NCBI GenBank assembly: GCA_964577615.1
Contig: CAZNZW010000002.1
Span: 24,333-88,332, forward strand
DNA length: 64,000 bases
DNA from: an uncultured Desulfobacterales bacterium
GTDB lineage: Bacteria > Desulfobacterota > Desulfobacteria > Desulfobacterales > QNYZ01
Direction of reading: 5' to 3'
Shown here: piece after piece, positions 24,783 to 31,963 of the stretch
Numbering within the stretch: position 1 is the stretch's first letter
Layout: each line of letters opens with the position of its first letter
Program-made: the position numbers and the translations under genes
The notes under the pieces: model-generated
Told to the model about the DNA's origin: nothing
The model's input: the letters and a program-made list of their open reading frames with translations, nothing else
Databases searched by the model: none

Positions 24783-25187
24783 GGCGGAGATACTCCCTGG
24801 GGAATGTATAAAGGTGACAGCTGGTTGCGCACATCTCGTTTTTTCTGGCGTATAGGTAGCAAGCGGGGAATCCGGCTGTCAAGTGACAGGCGTTGGCCGG
24901 CGCCGGAAAAGAGGTTTTTTGCGCCCGGCTTTTCGGACTTGCCAAAGGTCCCGGCCTCCAGTATGGGAGAGGGGGCCTGGGGCCGGCTGACGCGTCCTCC
25001 CCGGCAGCGGCCATCGATCTGGTCTGTCAAATATTATTCGCTGACCGATCAAATACTCTTTACCGGCGTATATGGCGGTGTCGAACCGGCCGGAAAAGGA
25101 AAGATACCGGCCAGGACCGCCCCGGGCTAACCGAATCAAACTGAACAGCCGGCGGGGACTGTTGGCTGCCTGAAATGGACCGGCACC

Positions 25188-26156
25188 ATGTCTTTATTCC
25201 GTTGGGTCAAACGATACTGGTTTATGGCGGGGTTGATCACCGTCTGTCTGATGACGCTGGCCGATTCTTCGGGGCGGCTCGCTTTCTGCGGACGCTGGGT
25301 GAAGGAACACCATGGGCCTGACCTGGTGATTATCTTCATTTTTCTGTTTTCCGGACTTTCCCTGCGTCTGGACCCGCTGCGCCGGGGCGGGGCGGATCTG
25401 ACGGGTATCTGTCTGGCAGAGATCAATATTTTTATCGTGGCGCCGGTCGTGGCGGCGATGTTCGGCTGGCTGCCTCTGGACAGGGGCGTGATGATCGGAT
25501 TGTTTCTCGTGGCTGTCATGCCGTCAACCCTGAGCAGCGGCGTGGTCATGACAGCGGCGGCCGGCGGAAATGCGGCCCATGCCCTGATGATTACGATCCT
25601 GGCCAACAGCCTGGCCGTTGTCACGATTCCCCACGTCCTTTCCCTGCTGCTGCTCACCATCGGGAAATCGGTGGTCATCTCCATCGACAAAGGCGCCATC
25701 ATGCGCACGATCGGTCTGCTGGTTCTTCTGCCTCTGATTATCGGTATGCTTTTAAGCCGTTTTTTGTCCAGGATCCCGGCACGGGCCGATAAAGGGATCC
25801 ATATCGTTAACCAGTGCCTGATCCTGTTTATGGTCTGGGTCGGGTTTTCCCAGGCCCGGGAGCGGCTGATCCACAGCGGGGCGACCGTTGGCCTGATCGT
25901 GTTACTGGTATTTCTTTACCATGGGTGTCTCCTTGTTTCCGGATGGGGATGGATCCGGTTATCGAAAAGGAAAAAAGGGCAGCGGGAAAGTATTCTATTG
26001 ATGGGCGGGCAGAAAACCCTGCCCCTGTCGATTATTCTGCAGGTGTCTCTATTTCCGCAATATGGTCTGGCGCTGATTGTCTGCGTGCTTCATCACATTG
26101 TTCATCTGATGATGGATGGATATCTGGTCGAACACCTGAAAACATTTGACGCCTGA
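25188..26156 (+). CDS. Bile acid:Na+ symporter (BASS/SBF-like, YfeH-type) family transporter
   Basis: 322 aa polytopic protein. 'IFLFSGLSLRLDPLRRG', 'VAVMPSTLSSGVVMTAAAGGNAAHAL' and 'GGQKTLPLSI' parallel E. coli YfeH ('LFFMHGAKLSREAIIAG', 'ILPATVQSAIAFTSMAGGNVAAAV', 'GSKKSLANGI'). Confidence 0.7.
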   Translation: MSLFRWVKRYWFMAGLITVCLMTLADSSGRLAFCGRWVKEHHGPDLVIIFIFLFSGLSLRLDPLRRGGADLTGICLAEINIFIVAPVVAAMFGWLPLDRGVMIGLFLVAVMPSTLSSGVVMTAAAGGNAAHALMITILANSLAVVTIPHVLSLLLLTIGKSVVISIDKGAIMRTIGLLVLLPLIIGMLLSRFLSRIPARADKGIHIVNQCLILFMVWVGFSQARERLIHSGATVGLIVLLVFLYHGCLLVSGWGWIRLSKRKKGQRESILLMGGQKTLPLSIILQVSLFPQYGLALIVCVLHHIVHLMMDGYLVEHLKTFDA

Positions 26157-26247
26157 ATCAGGAGAACCGGGAGAGACGGGCCGGTTTATCCGGTGCAAGT
26201 GAATATTATTTCATATATATTATAATATATTATTTAGTATTTTATTA

Positions 26248-26277
26248 TTGACAATCCGTGCGTTTCTAAATTAATAC
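26248..26277 (+). promoter_or_regulatory. Possible sigma-70-type promoter within an AT-rich island upstream of the GntR operon
   Basis: TTGACA (26248-26253) followed at 17-18 nt by TTAATA/TAATAC. It is preceded by ~50 bp of almost pure A/T (UP-element-like). Confidence 0.35.
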
Positions 26278-26366
26278 TTGGCATCATCCACGGGGCAGCC
26301 ATGAAACAGATGCGGCGATGCCCCTGACTGGGTGGCTGGCTGCAACATAATGATAAAAAGAGAACA

Positions 26367-27089
26367 ATGGCCAAGATCGCACTCGCCGATAAAGCGTATC
26401 ATCGTATCAAGGAATGGATCCTGGGATTTCGTTTAAAACCGGGGACCCATCTGCCCATCGGCCAGCTGGCCGAGGCGTTGAAAATCAGCCGGACGCCGGT
26501 TCGGGAAGCCCTGAGCCGCCTGGAACAGGAATATCTCGTCGTCCGGGCGCCGATGAAGGGCTTTGCCGTCAAGGGGACCGATCTGAAAGAGATCGCCGAC
26601 CTGTTTGATGTGCGTACGGCCATTGAACTGCTTGCCGTTAAACAGGCCGCCAGGCGGATCAACGATAAAATCCGGAAACAGCTGGCAGCGAGCCTCAATG
26701 CAACGGCCGACTGGATAAAAAAAGGAGAGATTGCCCGCTCTCTGAAGCTTGAACAGAGTTTTCACATGAAGCTTCTGGAAGCCAGCGGCAATATTCCCCT
26801 GGCTGAAATCGGCCGGGGCATTCTCGAGCGGATCTGGGCCATTCAAACTTTCAACGTGGTGACCTCGGACATGCTGGCGCAGGCCCATGACGAACATCTG
26901 GCGATATTTCATACGTTATCGACAGGGAATCCGGAAGCGGCGGAAGCGCAGATGCGCGGGCATATGGACCAGACAACCCGCTCCCTGATGCGACGTCTGG
27001 AGGACCACAACGATGTGATTCAAAATGCCATTGCCTTTGACCCGTTGGCATGGAGCCAGGCGGGCGGGGAAGGGAGGGATACGCCATGA
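26367..27089 (+). CDS. GntR-family transcriptional regulator (FadR/FCD subfamily)
   Basis: 240 aa. The winged-helix motif is 'LPIGQLAEALKISRTPVREALSRLEQEYLV', followed by a helical FCD-like C-terminal domain. Confidence 0.85.
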   Translation: MAKIALADKAYHRIKEWILGFRLKPGTHLPIGQLAEALKISRTPVREALSRLEQEYLVVRAPMKGFAVKGTDLKEIADLFDVRTAIELLAVKQAARRINDKIRKQLAASLNATADWIKKGEIARSLKLEQSFHMKLLEASGNIPLAEIGRGILERIWAIQTFNVVTSDMLAQAHDEHLAIFHTLSTGNPEAAEAQMRGHMDQTTRSLMRRLEDHNDVIQNAIAFDPLAWSQAGGEGRDTP

Positions 27090-27865
27090 ACCATTCCGTT
27101 GAAAATAATTCAGGAGAGGGCAGCGGCCGGTGCGGCATCATCACCGGCGCGGCCAGCGGAATTGGTCAGGCCGCCGCTCTGTACCTGGCCCGTCGGGGCG
27201 CGAAGGTCGCGCTGATCGATGTCGATCAGGGCGGGCTGAAGGCCACCGCTGAAAGGATTGCGGCTGAAACCGATCTGCCCCCGCTGGTATTTGAAACCGA
27301 CGTGGCTGATGCGGCGGCCGTTGGCCGGGCAGTGGAAATGACGGCGTTCACTTTTGACAGAATCGATTTTCTGGTCAACTGCGCCGGTATTCTCAGAAAA
27401 ACGCCTTTTCTCGATATTTCGTTGACAGAATGGGACCTGATGACCCGTGTCAATCTGCGCGGTATTTTCATCTGTTGTCAGGCCGTGGCCCGGCAGATGG
27501 TCGCCCGGAAAAGCGGTGCCATTGTCAATATCTCCTCCCTGGCCGGCCGATCGGTCAGCCTGCTCGGGGGAGCCCATTACACATCGGTCAAACACGCCGT
27601 GGTCGGACTTTCCCGCCACATGGCCCTGGAGCTGGCGCCTTCCGGGATACGGGTCAACGCCTTTTGCCCCGGCGCCACGCTGACGCCGATGATTACCGGC
27701 GCTGTTTCGCCGGCACAGATCGAGACCGTGGCCCGGAATATTCCCAGGGGCCGGTGGGCGGTACCGGAGGAGCAGGCGGCCGTGATTGAATTTCTCATTT
27801 CCGATGCGGCGGTAAATATTACCGGCGCCTGTATCGACAGTAACGGCGGAACTTTGATGATCTGA
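27086..27865 (+). CDS. Short-chain dehydrogenase/reductase (SDR)
   Basis: I prefer the ATG at 27086, which overlaps the GntR stop (ATGA). Motifs are 'TGAASGIGQA' (TGxxxGxG), 'NCAG' and 'YTSVKHA' (YxxxK). Confidence 0.85.
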   Translation: MNHSVENNSGEGSGRCGIITGAASGIGQAAALYLARRGAKVALIDVDQGGLKATAERIAAETDLPPLVFETDVADAAAVGRAVEMTAFTFDRIDFLVNCAGILRKTPFLDISLTEWDLMTRVNLRGIFICCQAVARQMVARKSGAIVNISSLAGRSVSLLGGAHYTSVKHAVVGLSRHMALELAPSGIRVNAFCPGATLTPMITGAVSPAQIETVARNIPRGRWAVPEEQAAVIEFLISDAAVNITGACIDSNGGTLMI

Positions 27866-27999
27866 TGACCGGAAAGGATGGTGCCGGGCGTTCGTCCGCT
27901 GGCCCCGAAACGGTTTTACGGAAAATGTGGCATAATAACCGATGAAGGTTGATCTCGCCCGCAAGGGCCGTTGAGATTGCTTTGAATCAGGAGGCATAC

Positions 28000-28968
28000 A
28001 TGGCAGACAGTAAAAAAGTATTGCTTGATCTTTATCGTCAGATGGTCAGGGTCCGTCAATTCGAGACCATGGCCGGGGAGTATTTTTCCGCCGGGAAAAT
28101 ACCGGGATTTATTCATCTCTCCATTGGCCAGGAAGCGAGCAGTGTCGGCGTCTGTTCCTGCCTCCGGCCTGATGACTATGTGATTACAACTCACCGGGGC
28201 CATGGCCACATGATTGCCAAGGGGGCCGATGTGAACCGGATGGTGGCCGAGCTGTTCGGCAAAAAGGACGGCTATTGCAAAGGCAAGGGCGGTTCGATGC
28301 ATATTGCCGATTTTTCCATCGGTATTCTGGGCGCCAACGGCGTAGTGGCCGGGGGGCTTCCCATCATTACCGGCGCGGGGCTGTCCATCAAGATGCGCAA
28401 AACCGATCAGGTGGCCGTCTGCTTTTTTGGCGACGGCGCCACGAACCGCGGACCGGTGCATGAGGCAATGAATATGGCCTCGATCTGGAAACTGCCCGTC
28501 CTTTTTGTTGTTGAAAACAATCAGTGGGCATCCACCACGTCTTTGAAATATTCCTGCTCGGTAACGGATCTCTATCGCCGGGCCGCCGGCTATAACATGC
28601 CCGGAGAAAAAGTTGACGGCAACGATATTCTGGCGGTGCGTAAAGTCACGGCCCGGGCCGTGGCCCGGGCCCGGGCCGGCAACGGACCGACTTTCATTGA
28701 AAATAAAACCTACCGGATTAAAGGGCATTATGAAGGCGACCCGCAGCGGTACCGCACCGATGCGGAAGTCAAAAAATGGCAGTCGGATAAAGACCCGATT
28801 AACCGGTTCCGCCGGGTGTTGTTGAAAAAGAGGGCGCTGTCCAAAAAAGTGGTTGATCAGATTTCTGCTGAAGTGGCGGCTGAGCTGGCAGCGGCGGTGG
28901 CCTTTGCCGAAAACAGCCCCCTCCCCGAACCGGCCGATGCGCTGACTGATCTATACTATCAAGCATAA
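28000..28968 (+). CDS. Thiamine-diphosphate-dependent 2-oxoacid (pyruvate/acetoin) dehydrogenase E1 alpha subunit
   Basis: The ATG at 28000 follows SD AGGAGG. 'YRQMVRVRQFE' is present. The TPP motif is 'FFGDGATNRGPVHEAMNMASIWKLPVLFVVENNQWA'. Confidence 0.85.
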   Translation: MADSKKVLLDLYRQMVRVRQFETMAGEYFSAGKIPGFIHLSIGQEASSVGVCSCLRPDDYVITTHRGHGHMIAKGADVNRMVAELFGKKDGYCKGKGGSMHIADFSIGILGANGVVAGGLPIITGAGLSIKMRKTDQVAVCFFGDGATNRGPVHEAMNMASIWKLPVLFVVENNQWASTTSLKYSCSVTDLYRRAAGYNMPGEKVDGNDILAVRKVTARAVARARAGNGPTFIENKTYRIKGHYEGDPQRYRTDAEVKKWQSDKDPINRFRRVLLKKRALSKKVVDQISAEVAAELAAAVAFAENSPLPEPADALTDLYYQA

Positions 28969-28980
28969 AGGGAGAAACAG

Positions 28981-29961
28981 ATGACCGATAGAATATTATC
29001 CAGTTCCGCTGCGCTGGCCGAGGCGCTGCACGAGGAAATGACGCGGGACGAGAGCGTATTTATCATGGGCGAAGACCTGGTTTCCCATGCCGGTGTTTTT
29101 GGTCAGTTCAAGGGCCTTCCCGAAGCATTTCCAGGCCGGATTATCGATACGCCTATTTCAGAGGCCTGTATTGCCGGCTGCGGGGTCGGCGCTGCGTTGA
29201 CCGGTATGCGCCCCCTGGTTGATTTTCATTTTTCTGATTTTGTGACCTGCGGAATGGACGAGCTGTGCAACCAGGCCGCCAAGCTCCGGTATATGTTTGG
29301 CGGCCAGGTAAAGCTGCCGATGGTTGTCTGGTGTCCGGATGGCGCGGGCCTGCGTGCCGCGGCTCAGCATTCCCAGTCACTGGAAGCCTGGTTTGTCCAT
29401 GTGCCGGGCCTCAAGGTGGTTGTGCCCAGTGACCCCCGGGATGTCAAGGGGTTGATCAAGGCCGCTATCCGGGATGACAATCCGGTGATGTTTTTTCAAC
29501 ATAAAAAACTGTTTGCCATGGAAGGCCCGGTGCCCGAGGAAGACTATGTGATTCCCCTGGGAGAGGCGGCGGTTAAAAAAGAGGGAAAGGATGTGACCCT
29601 CCTGTGTTACGGCGCTGGATACTATCTGTGCCGGGAGGCTGCCGGGATATTGGAAAAGGAAAAGATTGACGTTGAAATCGTTGATTTGCGCACACTCAAA
29701 CCGCTGGACATGGAGACGATCGCCGCATCGATTGCCAAGACCCATCGGGCGGTCATTGTCCATGAGGCCTGTCTGACCGGTGGTTTTGGCGCCGAGCTGG
29801 CTGCCCGGATCCAGGATGAATTATTCGACGAACTCGATGCCCCGGTTAAACGCGTGGCGGCCCGGGATGTGCCCATCCCCTTTTCACCGCCCATGGAAGA
29901 TTTTGTGCTGCCAAGCGCGGGCGATGTGGCGGCGGCCGCCCATGCAGTCACCTATCGATAG
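28981..29961 (+). CDS. 2-oxoacid (pyruvate/acetoin) dehydrogenase E1 beta subunit
   Basis: 326 aa with 'VFIMGEDL', 'IIDTPISEACIAGCGVGAALTGMRP' and the C-terminal transketolase-type domain 'VDLRTLKPLD'. Confidence 0.85.
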   Translation: MTDRILSSSAALAEALHEEMTRDESVFIMGEDLVSHAGVFGQFKGLPEAFPGRIIDTPISEACIAGCGVGAALTGMRPLVDFHFSDFVTCGMDELCNQAAKLRYMFGGQVKLPMVVWCPDGAGLRAAAQHSQSLEAWFVHVPGLKVVVPSDPRDVKGLIKAAIRDDNPVMFFQHKKLFAMEGPVPEEDYVIPLGEAAVKKEGKDVTLLCYGAGYYLCREAAGILEKEKIDVEIVDLRTLKPLDMETIAASIAKTHRAVIVHEACLTGGFGAELAARIQDELFDELDAPVKRVAARDVPIPFSPPMEDFVLPSAGDVAAAAHAVTYR

Positions 29962-29973
29962 CAAGGAGTCATC

Positions 29974-31281
29974 ATGGCTGAGGAAATCAGGATACCCAAG
30001 CTCGGGCTCACCATGACGGATGCGGTGCTTTCCGGCTGGATGGTCTCCGCTGGAGAGGAAGTATCTGCCGATCAGGTGGTCTGTGCGCTTGAGACCGATA
30101 AGGTCTCTTTTGAAGTACCGGCGCCATGCACCGGCTGGCTGCACCCCGTTATTGCCGCCGGGATCCGGGTGGAAGTGGGAGAGGTCGTCGGCTACGTGGC
30201 GGCGGATGAAGCGGAACTGGACGATTTGAAAACCCGGTTTGCCGTGGCCGATACCGGCGCTGTTGAGGCAGGCGCGGCAGCAGCGTCGACGGAAGATGAT
30301 GCTGATGCGGCACCGGCGGCGGCACCCGCCGATTCGCCGGTATCCCCATCACCGGCGGCGGACGTTAAACCGCCGCCGGTCGTGAAAAAACAAACCGGCG
30401 ACCGGATCATCGCCTCACCGGCAGCCCGTAAGCGATGCGGGCAGATCGGCATTAAACTGGATGATATCCCGGGAACCGGTCCCGGCGGCCGGATTGTACT
30501 GGCCGATGTGGAAAAGTTCGCCGCGGCTGATTCCGTCCGACGCAGTACGGCGCGGTACGAATTTGAATCGGCGGTCCGGGAATCCGACCTGCTGACTGCC
30601 CGGGAGACGATTCCTATCCGGGGCATTCGAAAGATCATCGCCCGGAACATGAAGTTGAGTCAGACCAGTCAGGCGCAATTGACCCTGCAGACCGAAGCGT
30701 CGGCCCGGGATATCAGGGCGCTGAGAAAAGTGTTTAACGCCAGACGGGCAGATGATGCGCCCCGGGTGTCGTATAACGCCATTATTATCAAGGCGGCGGC
30801 ACAGGCATTGCGGTTATACCCGCTGATCAACGCATCTGTCGATGGTCACAAAATTAAAATATGGAACCAGGTGCATATTGGTGTTGCCATGGATTTCGGC
30901 CAGGGCCTGATTGTTCCCAAGGTTCGCCATGCGGATACCCTGTCCATCCCGGCCCTTTCAGAAGCGCTGGGCGATCTGGCCATGCGGGCCGGAAAGAAAC
31001 AATTGCTTCCCGATGAACTCGCCAGCGGCACGTTTACCATTACCAATCTGGGCGCCTGGGATATTGATCATTTTTCGCCCATTGTCAACTTTCCCGAAAG
31101 CGCGATTCTCGGTGTGGGCCGAATGGTTGAAAAACCGTGGATCCGGGATGGCGCGGTGGTGGCCGACTGGCGGATTTCCCTGAGCCTGACTTTTGACCAT
31201 CGCATTATCGACGGGGCGCTGGCCGCCCGGTTCCTGAAGGCCATCAAGGATCGGATCGAAGAGACGCGGCTGATGCTGTAG
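29974..31281 (+). CDS. Dihydrolipoamide acyltransferase (E2) component
   Basis: The lipoyl domain has 'VCALETDKVSFEVPAP', followed by an Ala/Pro-rich linker. The E3/E1-binding domain is 'IASPAARKRCGQIGIKLDDIPGTGPGGRIV'. The catalytic motif is 'LSLTFDHRIIDGA'. Confidence 0.9.
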   Translation: MAEEIRIPKLGLTMTDAVLSGWMVSAGEEVSADQVVCALETDKVSFEVPAPCTGWLHPVIAAGIRVEVGEVVGYVAADEAELDDLKTRFAVADTGAVEAGAAAASTEDDADAAPAAAPADSPVSPSPAADVKPPPVVKKQTGDRIIASPAARKRCGQIGIKLDDIPGTGPGGRIVLADVEKFAAADSVRRSTARYEFESAVRESDLLTARETIPIRGIRKIIARNMKLSQTSQAQLTLQTEASARDIRALRKVFNARRADDAPRVSYNAIIIKAAAQALRLYPLINASVDGHKIKIWNQVHIGVAMDFGQGLIVPKVRHADTLSIPALSEALGDLAMRAGKKQLLPDELASGTFTITNLGAWDIDHFSPIVNFPESAILGVGRMVEKPWIRDGAVVADWRISLSLTFDHRIIDGALAARFLKAIKDRIEETRLML

Positions 31282-31349
31282 TGCCGGGCCGGTCTTTCCG
31301 CGATGGTACTTTGTGATGCGAAGCGCATTTTAATAAGAAGGAGTAGGTA

Positions 31350-31682
31350 ATGACGGAACAGCGACATATTGATATTGCTCATCTGTTTAAAAAACTGGAA
31401 GCTGATTTTCCCGAGGCGCTGGGCGCGTTCAAAGCGTTGAGCCACTCACTTGAACAGGATGGCGCCCTGGACAGGAAAACCAAAGACCTGATCATGGTGG
31501 CCCTGGCCTGTGCCACCCGGTGTGAAAAATGCATGGCCGTTCATATCCGTAACGCCGTCATGAATAATGCCGGTAAAAGGGAAATCCTGGAGGCGGCCAT
31601 GTTGAACGTGCTTTTCAAGGGCGGGACGGGGATTATGGACATGCATGTTATCTATGAGGAATTGTACAATCATTTTGACTAA
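31350..31682 (+). CDS. Carboxymuconolactone decarboxylase (AhpD-like) family protein
   Basis: 110 aa. 'ALACATRCEKCMAVHI' contains the AhpD/CMD CxxCxxxH redox motif. Confidence 0.75.
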   Translation: MTEQRHIDIAHLFKKLEADFPEALGAFKALSHSLEQDGALDRKTKDLIMVALACATRCEKCMAVHIRNAVMNNAGKREILEAAMLNVLFKGGTGIMDMHVIYEELYNHFD

Positions 31683-31743
31683 CCGCCAGGCGGTTTCGGG
31701 CGCGTGCGGGCGGCGGCAGAAGAAATACCGGCGGTAACCGGGA

Positions 31744-31781
31744 AAGGCCGCAATCCATGTGGATTGCGGCCTTTGGTGTTT
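31744..31781. terminator. Bidirectional intrinsic terminator hairpin
   Basis: Perfect 13-bp stem AAGGCCGCAATCC/GGATTGCGGCCTT with a 4-nt loop. It is followed by TTTGGTGTTT on the + strand and a T-run on the - strand. It lies between the AhpD-like gene and the 3' end of tRNA-Met. Confidence 0.7.
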
Positions 31782-31783
31782 AG

Positions 31784-31860
31784 TGGTGGCGATGCAGGGA
31801 TTTGAACCCCGGACACTGCGGATATGAGCCGCATGCTCTGACCACCTGAGCTACATCGCC
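31784..31860 (-). tRNA. tRNA-Met (anticodon CAU), elongator type; a lysidine-modified tRNA-Ile2 cannot be excluded
   Basis: The 77-nt minus-strand sequence is GGCGATGTAGCTCAGGTGGTCAGAGCATGCGGCTCATATCCGCAGTGTCCGGGGTTCAAATCCCTGCATCGCCACCA. It folds as a cloverleaf with a 7-bp acceptor stem, anticodon loop CTCATAT, GGTTCAAAT T-loop and encoded CCA. It lacks the initiator features (no GGG/CCC anticodon stem, and positions 1-72 are paired). Confidence 0.9.
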
Positions 31861-31875
31861 GATTCTTTGCGTCGC

Positions 31876-31904
31876 TATCTACCAGCGCCGGGGGTTGGAG
31901 TCAA
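31876..31904 (-). promoter_or_regulatory. Possible sigma-70-type promoter for tRNA-Met
   Basis: The minus strand reads TTGACT-N17-TAGATA and ends about 15 nt before the tRNA 5' end. Confidence 0.45.
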
Positions 31905-31963
31905 GCCAAAAACAGCTGAGTCACCCGTAATTTTTCTTCCCGGTCTTTTATGGTCTGTCCCGG

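Noticed and set aside
24854-24882. Possible sigma-70 promoter for the aminotransferase, using the TTGACA inside the CTGTCA/TGACAG repeat.
   Set aside because: There is no acceptable -10 hexamer at a 16-19 nt spacing.
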